A DNA stretch of 64,000 nt, from positions 95,854 to 159,853 of the forward strand of contig CAZKWX010000001.1 of assembly GCA_964556685.1 (NCBI GenBank), read 5' to 3'. This DNA is from an uncultured Bdellovibrionales bacterium. GTDB lineage: Bacteria > Patescibacteriota > Minisyncoccia > Moranbacterales > DUUL01. Below are positions 1 through 9,861 of this stretch, piece by piece. A model generated the notes under the pieces. It was not told the origin of the DNA, did no database searches, and saw only the letters and a program-made list of their open reading frames with translations. Every line of letters starts with the position of its first letter. The stretch's first letter is position 1. The position numbers and the translations under genes were made by a program.

Positions 1-189
1 ACCCACGGAATTTTCGTCGATTTGAAATGTGGAGCATCTTGTAATGCCCATCCGTCCTCTCAAGTTGAGAGTCCGCCGCTCTACCCATCTGGCTATCTGC
101 GGCTTAAATGGAATAGCATGCGGGATCCTTTTCTGGTAATCAGCCCAATTTCTAGCGTGGATAATAAACACACCAATATTTTCAGCCAT
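1..189 (-). CDS. partial CDS (N-terminus; runs off the window), possibly acyl-ACP reductase-like family
   Basis: Manual translation MAENIGVFIIHARNWADYQKRIPH..., open to the window edge, with SD-like GAGGGG upstream. FIIHxR recalls the FIIHP start of that family. Confidence 0.5.
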   Translation of the reverse strand, partial: MAENIGVFIIHARNWADYQKRIPHAIPFKPQIARWVERRTLNLRGRMGITRCSTFQIDENSVG

Positions 190-661
190 TTTTTGCCACC
201 CCCTCTAGTCAATTTGAAAGTTATAGACTTATATTTTTTAAAACGGTGAATAAAAAATTAATTGTCAATGAAACATTTCTGTCTTATATTTATCTGTCTG
301 CAAGACAGAATTGGTTTAATCTAGAAATATTCTAGGCTAAACTAATCCAATCTTTTATAAACAAAAATCAACCCAAAAGTTGACTCTGATCTAGTTTAAA
401 GTTCATTGATAGACCGCAAAACACTCCTACCTTGACATAAGCTTTATTTTCTACTTTAATATTTGTTTTTGCCAGGCGCAACCTCCTATTCATTTGGTTG
501 ATTTAGATAATTATGCACCTAGTATCTTTATAACATAATACAAAATATTTGTAAAGTACCTTCGGACATAACCTGTGGATAACTTTTTTAAGCCCTTTAC
601 TTTAAGTTTTTATGGTGATATACTTTTGTAAACTAATATTGGACATAAATTTACAATATCG

Positions 662-1405
662 ATGATGATCAAATATGATCCTCTTCCGGAGGAGCTACGA
701 AAATTAGGACTAGACAAAAAAGAAGCAGATATTTATTTAACCCTTTTGGAAATGGGCCCTTCTACCGTTCAAGAACTTGCTAGAGCCGTCGATTTGAGTC
801 GTCCTACTGTTTATCGAGTGCTGGATGATCTTCAAAGCAAGCAACTGGCCACTAAAGGAAAGGAAAATAAACGAACATTTTTCACAGCTAATTCTCCCGA
901 TTCCCTTCTGAGAGTGCTCAAGGTGAAAAGAAGGAGAGCTGAAGAGCAAGAAAGAGAATTTTTGCGGATTATTTCTGTTTTGCAAACAAAATATCATCTG
1001 CTTTCTGACACAAATGAAATTAAGACCTATCGTGGATCACATGGAAAGAAAATGGTCCTAGATGATCTCTCTTCTACCGGTTCAAAAAGTATCTACGTTT
1101 TGTATTCCAAAAGAAACGGGGTTGATCCAAAAAAACTACACTTGATTTATAGAAAAATTAAAAAACGCCAGGGGAGTTTGTCAGTCAAGGAGCTATATAG
1201 GAAAAATTTACCCGAGAATATTCCTTCTTATATTAAAACTAGAACTTCTCCAGAAGTACCAAATTTTGACACCAGCACTTTTGTCATTTCAGATAAATTT
1301 TTCTTTTTTGAAAAGGACAAAATCTTTGTCATTGAACAAGAAAATATTGTTAAGATGATGAAGATTCTTCACAAGACATTTTGGAATTGTGCTTCTGAAA
1401 AATAA
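662..1405 (+). CDS. TrmB-family HTH transcriptional regulator
   Basis: LRKLGL...EADIYLTLL...GPSTVQELARAVDLSRPTVYRVLDDL wHTH. Confidence 0.85.
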   Translation: MMIKYDPLPEELRKLGLDKKEADIYLTLLEMGPSTVQELARAVDLSRPTVYRVLDDLQSKQLATKGKENKRTFFTANSPDSLLRVLKVKRRRAEEQEREFLRIISVLQTKYHLLSDTNEIKTYRGSHGKKMVLDDLSSTGSKSIYVLYSKRNGVDPKKLHLIYRKIKKRQGSLSVKELYRKNLPENIPSYIKTRTSPEVPNFDTSTFVISDKFFFFEKDKIFVIEQENIVKMMKILHKTFWNCASEK

Positions 1406-1417
1406 ATTATTATAAAT

Positions 1418-1449
1418 TACCTCCACCTGAGATATCTCAGGTGGAGGTA
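1418..1449. repeat. 32-bp perfect palindrome (REP-like); relative at 18224-18255
   Basis: TACCTCCACCTGAGATATCTCAGGTGGAGGTA; CTCCACCTGAGATATCT recurs at 18224. Confidence 0.85.
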
Positions 1450-1461
1450 TATTTGGATTTT

Positions 1462-1496
1462 AAAAGGACAGTTGCTCGCGCGACTGCCCTTTTTTT
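1462..1496. terminator. intrinsic terminator between convergent genes
   Basis: GC stem flanked by an A tract and a T tract. Confidence 0.65.
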
Positions 1497-1525
1497 ATTC
1501 CTTTCGTTGAAGGTTAAAAAACTTG

Positions 1526-2791
1526 TTAAAAATACCAGATAAAGCTAGCTCCGATCATAGGTCCTTCTATGGCGGCCCACGCGTTCGTAACTGCTTTAGG
1601 GATTCCCTGATCATCACCATCGTGATAGGTGCCAATCAGTGAAAGTTCCCAGTCGCACTCCGCTGGAGAAAAAGATATTTCTAATGAAGCGTACCTCCCA
1701 TTGAGTTCACGGTTGTGGGCCCCTTCGAGACGGGCCTCCCAGGCTTCTTCAGGAGATGTCCAGTTGAGCCCACCCATAAGGGTTAGCCCTTCAGTTATCC
1801 GCCGGTAGTCCAGCCCTGGCTCGCCTTCTTTGCCCGTCCCATGTCGTTCAACATCACTCAGGCCAAGCTCTAGGACAAAACTATCTCCGGAAGCGAAGAC
1901 GTTTTGGAATATCTTTTCGCATTCAATAACACCTAGGGTAAAATTGCGATAGTTGTCTGGAAAATATCCAGCAATACCACCCTTGACTGTCCACCCCAGA
2001 ATGTCTGTCCTGAGTGAAAAACCAGCGCTAGTTTGCTCGGCAAACAATGGTGTGACTTCTCTGGTCATCATGTCGACATCGACATCCACAACTGCGTTTG
2101 CATGTCCTCGTTGAGCAAAAAAGTTATAAGCAATATTCCCAATTTCATCCATCCAACGCAAACCTACTGAGTAGTTCCTTTCTTGCTCCGGATCTGAGTA
2201 ACCCAACACTGAAAGAGGTAGCGAACGGGTATTTGGATTATCGGGATCGATTGCCAGATACGACATATTCGCTGCCATACCAATTAACTCCAACCGCGAT
2301 TCGAACAACTTGATAGAAGCTCCCCATTGGCCGATTGGATCTTCTCCCAACATCCGATATGGGTAAACAGACTGATCCCAGCCCACAAAAGGGCTTAGAC
2401 CCACTGAGCTGAAATTGACATAGTTAATATTTTCAGACTCAAATGTCTGCTTTCCGACTCGGACATTAACACCGAAGGAAAGATCGATAAATGCTTCACG
2501 AAGAGACACATATGGATCTTGGCCCTTGCTGTGAACAAAATCGACTCGATTATGTATATCGGGATCGCTGGTCCGCCCTTCCAGTGAAGCCCTTAATCCT
2601 CTCAACACTGAATCTTTCTCGTTGTAGTATTCGACATTGCCTTTCACGCTCAAGACAGTGTACCCTTTTTCATCTACTTGCAAACCGGATAATTTAACCT
2701 CACCGGTATAAATAACAGCTCCGAAAACTACAGGTAACCAGACAATCTGGATAAGCAGCACGATAAGTGTCGTTATCAAATTTTTTCTCAT
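1526..2791 (-). CDS. secreted beta-barrel-like protein (DUF1302-like context)
   Basis: Signal peptide, amphipathic beta strands, VRVGKQ motif, C-terminal IGASFIWYF. Confidence 0.6.
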   Translation of the reverse strand: MRKNLITTLIVLLIQIVWLPVVFGAVIYTGEVKLSGLQVDEKGYTVLSVKGNVEYYNEKDSVLRGLRASLEGRTSDPDIHNRVDFVHSKGQDPYVSLREAFIDLSFGVNVRVGKQTFESENINYVNFSSVGLSPFVGWDQSVYPYRMLGEDPIGQWGASIKLFESRLELIGMAANMSYLAIDPDNPNTRSLPLSVLGYSDPEQERNYSVGLRWMDEIGNIAYNFFAQRGHANAVVDVDVDMMTREVTPLFAEQTSAGFSLRTDILGWTVKGGIAGYFPDNYRNFTLGVIECEKIFQNVFASGDSFVLELGLSDVERHGTGKEGEPGLDYRRITEGLTLMGGLNWTSPEEAWEARLEGAHNRELNGRYASLEISFSPAECDWELSLIGTYHDGDDQGIPKAVTNAWAAIEGPMIGASFIWYF

Positions 2792-2801
2792 TTTTTCCTC
2801 C

Positions 2802-3605
2802 TCACCATTTCCAACCTTTTGGTTGACCTAAACGCAGAGATTCCGCGTTAAGTGTGAATTCTCTTTCAAACACTCTTCTCTCGATTTTAAGCTTTGTCCG
2901 CCCCTCTTTTGAGAGGATCACTATAACACCCGGACGCCAAAATTCTCCGACTTCCAGACTGTCATTTTCTAGTGTTTTTAGCCATTTACCCTTGTCACTG
3001 TAATAGTCAATTCCTTTGACAACGAGCATGCCTCTTCTTTCTAATAATCGAAAAATGCGCGTGGCATAATCACCGTCTCTTGACTTCTTAGGCGAAACAA
3101 CGATATTCATTTTTTTAGTCCCACTGAATGAATAATTAAAATGGTCAATTCTTTTTAATTCCCCGAAAAGAAGTGACCAGATATCCGCCTCGGAAGCCTG
3201 TGTGCCTCGGGTCTTCGGCGAAAAACCACTGGGCTTAGGTGCGGGTCTTCTATTTCTCCTGTTGTTAACGAATTCATTTGTTAAGCCAAAAAGGTCACCG
3301 TCTGAATTAGCAAGAAAAAGCGAACCTGGTCTTTTTGCAGGATTCCTAGACCAACCAATGTTGATTTGTGCATTCCCGTCTACATGATTGATCCAGGCTT
3401 CAACTGTGCGAGGTTTTTTTCTACCACCGGTCGAATCTTCCTCGGCTTGAAAAGCCTCAAATTGAACATTGCCAGTGTACCCCTTCCAAGTCCTTTCCAT
3501 TATCGACTTGGCTAACGGATCAGAATCCGTACCAGCCATCACAGAAAATGGATAAAGGATTATGCAAATCGTAACCAGCAATACTACATGATTTTTCAAC
3601 ATCAT
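2802..3605 (-). CDS. LolA-like outer-membrane lipoprotein-sorting protein
   Basis: Signal peptide; IDYYSDKGKWLKTL...FWRP...GRTKL C-terminal motif typical of the LolA_like family. Confidence 0.65.
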   Translation of the reverse strand: MMLKNHVVLLVTICIILYPFSVMAGTDSDPLAKSIMERTWKGYTGNVQFEAFQAEEDSTGGRKKPRTVEAWINHVDGNAQINIGWSRNPAKRPGSLFLANSDGDLFGLTNEFVNNRRNRRPAPKPSGFSPKTRGTQASEADIWSLLFGELKRIDHFNYSFSGTKKMNIVVSPKKSRDGDYATRIFRLLERRGMLVVKGIDYYSDKGKWLKTLENDSLEVGEFWRPGVIVILSKEGRTKLKIERRVFEREFTLNAESLRLGQPKGWKW

Positions 3606-3666
3606 GAACTCCTTTTTTGTTCTGGTGCCGGGAGGGTTCTCCCGGCACCTTGGTTTAAATGTCTCA

Positions 3667-6426
3667 TCAGACTTTTATCCCCCGATGATACGTAACAACG
3701 TATCGCATCAACGGAGACACCAGAAGAATGGTTGCCATGAGACAAAGGAAAATTACCATTTCTTCCAGCCTCCCCAACATGGCCACGGGCATTGCTAGTG
3801 AAAAGCAGAGCCCTACAAACATGAGCATGTTGGTGACGCAGTCACCGCAAACATCAACAGCAGCGTTGACCATTTCTTTTTTCCTAATTACTAGGCCAAA
3901 AAGCTGGCTTTTACTGATGATTACCATTGTTTCATCGCTGAGTGCCAAGGTGCAATACCACCCCAGCATCAATAATGGGAAATCCACCGCAATTGTAACT
4001 GCAATTGGTCCGATCGTGGTATTGGCGATATCCATGGGCATACCGAACGCCCACATCGCTAGATACATTCCAGCCTGCGCCACGATAAATGGCACGGCCG
4101 TCACCACTCCTAACATCAAGAATGATACTGTCCAGGCGCTGTCTGACTTTCTAAAATGTCTTTTGAACGCCACGCCCGCCATCAGGATGACTACCAGTTG
4201 AAGTAAGAAGTTGAACAGAAAGCTGTTCTTCATAATTACTCTGTCGGACCCGACCCAGCGAGCTAAACCGCTAGGAAATCTGTTTGGTAAGGAGAAAATT
4301 CTTTCCACCTCATTTTCGATGAACACCATGACATTTCTCATGTCAGGTGTCGGCTGCTCTCCGGTGGAAACTTTGAGTAGGAAGTCACAGCGTGAGTTTT
4401 CTTCCGTTGGGCGCTCCATGCTTCTGCGAGCCAGATACGATTCTCCCCAACGGGCTTTACTGTAGCTCCAGACCTCATTCCAGGTTTGGATCAGTGTCTC
4501 GCGTATGCGGGTGGCGATGTTAAGATCAGTAAGCTCAATTCCCTCATCCAAGAGATCTTCGATCGCCAGCTCTCTTAAAAAGGAACTGACAACCCGACCT
4601 TCTTCGTAGCCAAAGTCCTGCAGACGTAGAACAAAATCGTCAACGGGAGAGTAGGCTCGAACTACCAGCCTATCTCGCTCAAGGCTATTTCTAAGGTCAA
4701 CGAGCTTGTCGATAACCAACGGATCGCCCAAGTCGATCTTTTCAAGCGTGGGCGTGAAAATATTCGATCCAGGTCGTCCTTCTTTGGCCAGCTCCTGATG
4801 GAGTTTGGCCTGTTGATTATCGGACAGGTAGGGCTCTGGATCATTTTGCTTACCAAGAAAAAACGTTGGCAAGACAAAATAGAAAATCAACGAAACTGCT
4901 GCGATTGACCAACAAACTTTGGTACTATGTCGCCACAGTACCCATCGACTGAAAATCCAGCTGATGGTTCTATTCAAAAAGTTGTTGACCGTTCGTGACC
5001 ACCGTGACAACTTGCCTTGAGATTGCTCAATTTTCTCGTTAGCTCCGCCAATTAAATAATATAGAATCGGCAGAAAGTTACGACACAGCCAGTAGGAAAT
5101 GATTATGGCTGAAATTGCCACTATGCTAACTTGAAAAATTGATTGAGAGCCTTTCAGATGACGGATATTCAACGCGACTGCAAAATCCGCGATGGAAATT
5201 GCAAACACCACTGTCACCATCCAGAGTTTAGATTTGACACTTTCCCATCGTTGCCAGTATTCGCCGGTACTACGACCGAGCTCTTTGGCGTGATGAAAGT
5301 TGAATGAGACACTAGACGCCAACGCAACAATAAACGCTACGCTGGTGTAGACATCTTCATTCGAGTGCCAAATGTAATCATTAGCCAGCCACAGAATTGC
5401 CTGACTAATTGGATCGTCACCGGTTATGGACTGATTAGCCCATTGAATAAAATCACTTAATGCGCCAATTGTTCCACGTGCAAACGCGAAACAACAGAGA
5501 ATGTTTAACCAGACTGCAAATGCTTGACGCCAAGATCCCAACAGAACTGTCAGAAAAAATGGAGCCAGACAAAGCATTATCGTACACATGAGGTAAGCAA
5601 ATAATGCGCAAACCGCTGTGACGATGTAACGTCCTCTCGACCAGCTGTACATTCCGTTGAGCTTGTTCTCCTCGTTTAGGGGGAAGCCTAAGTCGGCTTT
5701 AACCGTAATAACCTCCCCGGAATCAAGCTCTAACACGAAATTATTAAATGATGAATGCAGCTCATACCGAGGTTTGAGGTTTAATTCAAACCAAGTCCAC
5801 AAATTTTTTAGATCGAAACTAAAAACCAGTTCTCGCAAACTCCAGTTAAGGTCATAATCCTCTTCGCCCATAAAAAACAGGCTCAAGTATTGATTAAAAA
5901 CCTTTTCGTCCATCTCTTGATCGGGAATGAACAAGATTTGGGTGTAGATATAGTTTTCACTCCTCTCTGTCTTCACTCGACCAAGCAAATCGTCTCTCAA
6001 ACTACGCTTGGCATAGTTTTCTTCAAACCATTTTACCGGGTCGAAGTTTTCGTCCAGCACCATCTTCGAGGTGATAAAGTATCCCCTCGAATCCATTCGC
6101 GTGGCCAACGACGATATATCAACATTGATCCCACGGTCGTGGAAAAAATAGCGTCCCCGCTTAGCCATATTTTCAATAGCTAATAAGTTATCGCGGGTCA
6201 CTTTTCTCATGGGGATATACTTGGGCACAGCACAATCGCTGTATTCAATCTTAGATATTTCCTTTAGATATCTTTCGTCCTGCGCATAGCGGCTATCGCC
6301 ACGCAGCGCATATTTGACCATGGAAATCACATCCACGGCCCAATTTCCTTCCCAGCCTAAAACATAAAACATAGCCAGAAATATCGTTACCGTACTCGTG
6401 ATCTTCCATTTCAATTTCATTTTCAA
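3667..6426 (-). CDS. MMPL/RND-family lipid transporter (divergent)
   Basis: Twofold (1 TM + large loop + TM bundle) topology; IAVTIAVDF resembles the MMPL GxxVDY motif. Confidence 0.7.
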   Translation of the reverse strand: MKMKLKWKITSTVTIFLAMFYVLGWEGNWAVDVISMVKYALRGDSRYAQDERYLKEISKIEYSDCAVPKYIPMRKVTRDNLLAIENMAKRGRYFFHDRGINVDISSLATRMDSRGYFITSKMVLDENFDPVKWFEENYAKRSLRDDLLGRVKTERSENYIYTQILFIPDQEMDEKVFNQYLSLFFMGEEDYDLNWSLRELVFSFDLKNLWTWFELNLKPRYELHSSFNNFVLELDSGEVITVKADLGFPLNEENKLNGMYSWSRGRYIVTAVCALFAYLMCTIMLCLAPFFLTVLLGSWRQAFAVWLNILCCFAFARGTIGALSDFIQWANQSITGDDPISQAILWLANDYIWHSNEDVYTSVAFIVALASSVSFNFHHAKELGRSTGEYWQRWESVKSKLWMVTVVFAISIADFAVALNIRHLKGSQSIFQVSIVAISAIIISYWLCRNFLPILYYLIGGANEKIEQSQGKLSRWSRTVNNFLNRTISWIFSRWVLWRHSTKVCWSIAAVSLIFYFVLPTFFLGKQNDPEPYLSDNQQAKLHQELAKEGRPGSNIFTPTLEKIDLGDPLVIDKLVDLRNSLERDRLVVRAYSPVDDFVLRLQDFGYEEGRVVSSFLRELAIEDLLDEGIELTDLNIATRIRETLIQTWNEVWSYSKARWGESYLARRSMERPTEENSRCDFLLKVSTGEQPTPDMRNVMVFIENEVERIFSLPNRFPSGLARWVGSDRVIMKNSFLFNFLLQLVVILMAGVAFKRHFRKSDSAWTVSFLMLGVVTAVPFIVAQAGMYLAMWAFGMPMDIANTTIGPIAVTIAVDFPLLMLGWYCTLALSDETMVIISKSQLFGLVIRKKEMVNAAVDVCGDCVTNMLMFVGLCFSLAMPVAMLGRLEEMVIFLCLMATILLVSPLMRYVVTYHRGIKV

Positions 6427-6805
6427 TCCTTTCTGTCCACTTTATAAGACATTTAAGTGTATTCGTTTTTCAAAGATAAATGATCTAAAAATTTTTGTTA
6501 CTTTCAGACAATCTCCTTCCAAAATTCTAGTCTTTCACGGACTAAAAACCTGACAGAAATTGCCTGTTCAAACACTCGTAGCCGTTCTTTTTTAACGCCG
6601 AAATGTAGCATGATTAAAGCTTTTTGTCAAACAAAAAAGACCCTCCTCAGGTCCCTCGTCAAATATTTAAAGTGACCGAATTTTAACACAGAAGAAACTA
6701 AAGAAAAAGAAGTTATCCACATTCCTATTGTCACCTTTTCCAGAAAAGTGTATAATTGAGACAACTTCAAACACGGAGGGTAAAATTCAATCTTAAAAAT
6801 AAAAC

Positions 6806-7618
6806 ATGAAAACAATTAAGTACTTGGTCATGCTTTTTGTGGCAGCTGCATTGGTGTTGCCATTGTCAACGCATGCCCTTTCGGGAACTGGAGTAGACAA
6901 TACCAAGATTAAAGCTGACGCAAAACATGGAGGAGAGTGGTTTCGTGCTTTCATTAAAAGAACTGATGACAAAGGAGTCTTAAAGGCAAAAAACCTGCCC
7001 CCTGGTTGGTATAAATTCGAGGTACGTAAAGAGGATGAGCGGGCTGGTCAAACTTTGGCAGTAGAACTGAGAATGTTAGACCGAGATGGGAGAAGAATAA
7101 AAGAGCGCACCAATGTTTATTTGTGGCAAATGGTGAGTGGTACAAAAGTTTCCGCTGGCACGCTTCGCACTGACAAGGATGGGTGGATCAAAGTCGCTGG
7201 TTTGAGTTTCAACACCGAATATAAAATGGATATCACCGAAAAAGACCACTCCCATGTCAGTAAAAAAGATGGACAGCCTAGAATTAAAGTGAAAACCAAA
7301 ATTAAAGGAGATTGGTTCAAGAGTTCTTATGCTCGAACCGATGAAAACATGGTCTTTGAAATGAAAGACGTTCTGCCTGGTAAGTATAAATTCAAGTACA
7401 AGAGTGGCGACCGAGATCCAGCGCTCCCTTTCGTAATTAAGGCTCAGATGCGGAATGATAAGGGGAAAAAGATAAAAGAGCCTACTCCAGTTAATTTGTA
7501 CGTCTATATCAACAAAGTTCGCACTCCCGTTGGAGTATTAATGACTGATGATGAAGGATGGATAACTATACCTGGAGTGATGACTGGCATGAAATATAAG
7601 ATCGAAGTGGACGACTAG
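6806..7618 (+). CDS. secreted protein with tandem duplicated CnaB/prealbumin-like modules
   Basis: Signal peptide; TDxxG...LxPGxYKF and TDxxGWI repeated twice. Confidence 0.6.
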   Translation: MKTIKYLVMLFVAAALVLPLSTHALSGTGVDNTKIKADAKHGGEWFRAFIKRTDDKGVLKAKNLPPGWYKFEVRKEDERAGQTLAVELRMLDRDGRRIKERTNVYLWQMVSGTKVSAGTLRTDKDGWIKVAGLSFNTEYKMDITEKDHSHVSKKDGQPRIKVKTKIKGDWFKSSYARTDENMVFEMKDVLPGKYKFKYKSGDRDPALPFVIKAQMRNDKGKKIKEPTPVNLYVYINKVRTPVGVLMTDDEGWITIPGVMTGMKYKIEVDD

Positions 7619-7633
7619 AGAATCTTTCAATAG

Positions 7634-7664
7634 AAAAAGCCCTAGCGAGAGCCGGGGCTTTTTT
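7634..7664. terminator. bidirectional intrinsic terminator
   Basis: AAAAAGCCCT...GGGGCTTTTTT. Confidence 0.7.
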
Positions 7665-7862
7665 GATACGAGTTATCTATAGAGTACGAATTATCTATAG
7701 AGATATCTCTATAGATGGTTGATACGAGTTATTTAAATACCTATTAAAATTGCAATTTAAATGGCCATTTTTCGCTCCACTAACATTCTGACATTCTTGC
7801 TTGCCCCGTGGAGTCATTCCACTGGGGAGAATGTTAGAATGTTGTTTTGAATAGCAACTCCG

Positions 7863-9701
7863 CTATTCAACCGTGACACTCTTGGCCAAATTTCTCGGCT
7901 TGTCTACATCGTAACCTAACCCAACTCCCACATGATAGGCGAAAAGTTGAGCTGGGATGACACTCAGAAGTGGTGTGAGCATTTCTAGTGTTTTGGGAAT
8001 ATAAATCACATCATCGGCTAACCGGCTGATCTTCCTGTCCCCTTCCGTTGCTACTGCAACAATTTTTCCACCTCGTGCCTTAATCTCCTCCATTCCACTG
8101 AGAACCTTCTCATAAACGCTGTCGCTTGGCACGATAAAGAAAGAAGGAAAATTCTTGTCTACCAAGGCAATCGGACCGTGTTTCATTTCTCCCGCTGCAT
8201 ATCCTTCGGCATGAACATAAGAAATTTCTTTTATTTTCAGCGCCCCTTCCATGGCAATAGGATAATTATATTTGCGACCGAGATAGAGCCAATCATTATA
8301 TTTCTTGTATTTCATCGCAATCTTTTTGATCTCGTTTTCTTTTTTCAATATTTTTTCAATCAGCCTGGGAATTTCTTTTAACTCTTGGGCGATTCTCTTT
8401 CCCATCACAAATGACATCTGACGTTGCCGTCCCAAACTCACCGCTAAGAGTGCCAAGATAGAAAGCTGCGAAGTAAACGCTTTGGTTGAAGCGACACCAA
8501 TTTCCGGACCAGCATGGTTATATACACCAGCATCAGTTTCTCGAGCAATAGTTGAGCCTACCACGTTGACGATGCCTAATGTGAGTGCACCTTTAAGCTT
8601 TCCCTCTCGAATTGCTTCCAAAGTGTCCGCCGTTTCTCCAGATTGGGAGATGGCTAAAATTGCCGTTCTTTCATCAATCACTGGTTTGCGATAGCGATAT
8701 TCACTGGCGAATTCTACTTCGACTGGAAGACCGGCATATTCTTCGATCATATACTCTCCTACCAAGCCAGCATAGGAAGAGGTGCCACAACTGACGATCA
8801 CTAGTTTATTGATTTTCCGCAATCTATCTTCCACTTCTCTAAGTCCACCCAAAATCGGCTGGGAGTCATCTTTGATTAGCCGATCTACTCGTCCTCGAAT
8901 AGCATTTTCAATCGCTTCTGGTTGTTCATGGATTTCCTTGAGCATGAAATGTTTGTAGCCCTGTTTTTGAGCCTTCTCAGCCGTCCAGGCAAGCCTGGAT
9001 GTTTTTTTGTCTACTTTTCCTTTGCCAATTTCCACCACTCGATAGGAATCTTTTTCAATTTCTGCCACTTCTCCATCGTTTAAATAAACAACTCGTTGCG
9101 TATAATTAATAATAGCTGAAGCATCCGAAGCCACGATATATTCATCCTTGCCGATTCCAAAAAGCAATGGACTGCCTTTTCGTGCAATGACTAGTTTCTC
9201 AGATTCCTTTTTTGACACAACTGCCAAGCCATATGTTCCTTCAACTTGCTTCAAAGCTTTTTGGACTGCCTCAAATAGCGAAGCTTTTTTAGACTCCTCT
9301 TCAATCAGATGAGCGAGCACTTCTGTGTCAGTCTCTGATGTAAATTTATGCCCTTTCTTTTGAAGTCGGTTGCGTAGTTGAGCATAGTTTTCGATGATTC
9401 CATTGTGAACCACAAAAATTTCTCCCTGACAATCTCCATGAGGATGGGCATTTCTAACTGATGGTTTTCCGTGAGTAGCCCAACGAGTGTGAGCGATCCC
9501 GACACAACCCTCTGTTTTGTTTCCGCTTAATTTATTTTCTAATTCGGTCACTTTCCCCACTGCTCTATTTGCTTTAATTTTATTGCCATCACAAACTGCA
9601 ATTCCTGCGCTGTCATAGCCACGATATTCCAGTCTTCTCAGCCCCTCCATGAGTACTGGCAAAGCCCTTTGCTTGCCAATGTAGCCAACAATACCACACA
9701 T
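7863..9701 (-). CDS. glmS: glutamine-fructose-6-phosphate transaminase
   Basis: MCGIVG start, HTRWATHG, PRNLAKSVTVE end. Confidence 0.98.
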   Translation of the reverse strand: MCGIVGYIGKQRALPVLMEGLRRLEYRGYDSAGIAVCDGNKIKANRAVGKVTELENKLSGNKTEGCVGIAHTRWATHGKPSVRNAHPHGDCQGEIFVVHNGIIENYAQLRNRLQKKGHKFTSETDTEVLAHLIEEESKKASLFEAVQKALKQVEGTYGLAVVSKKESEKLVIARKGSPLLFGIGKDEYIVASDASAIINYTQRVVYLNDGEVAEIEKDSYRVVEIGKGKVDKKTSRLAWTAEKAQKQGYKHFMLKEIHEQPEAIENAIRGRVDRLIKDDSQPILGGLREVEDRLRKINKLVIVSCGTSSYAGLVGEYMIEEYAGLPVEVEFASEYRYRKPVIDERTAILAISQSGETADTLEAIREGKLKGALTLGIVNVVGSTIARETDAGVYNHAGPEIGVASTKAFTSQLSILALLAVSLGRQRQMSFVMGKRIAQELKEIPRLIEKILKKENEIKKIAMKYKKYNDWLYLGRKYNYPIAMEGALKIKEISYVHAEGYAAGEMKHGPIALVDKNFPSFFIVPSDSVYEKVLSGMEEIKARGGKIVAVATEGDRKISRLADDVIYIPKTLEMLTPLLSVIPAQLFAYHVGVGLGYDVDKPRNLAKSVTVE

Positions 9702-9861
9702 AGTTTTATTTGCTCCGCCCCTTGTATGGGGTTGGGATTTTAATTTTTATATAAATTTTATCATAAAATCTTACGCATCGATTATAGCAGAAATTAAAAA
9801 ATAGCAAAGACACGGAATTTCCGTGCCTTTTTTATTGTCTTATTTAAATCATTGTACATAT

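Noticed and set aside
68-105. tRNA-like 5' half (TAGCCAGATGGGTAGAGCG on the minus strand)
   Set aside because: No T arm or acceptor partner; it lies within an open reading frame.
9702-9860. glmS ribozyme
   Set aside because: The leader is short and AT-rich with no recognisable ribozyme core.
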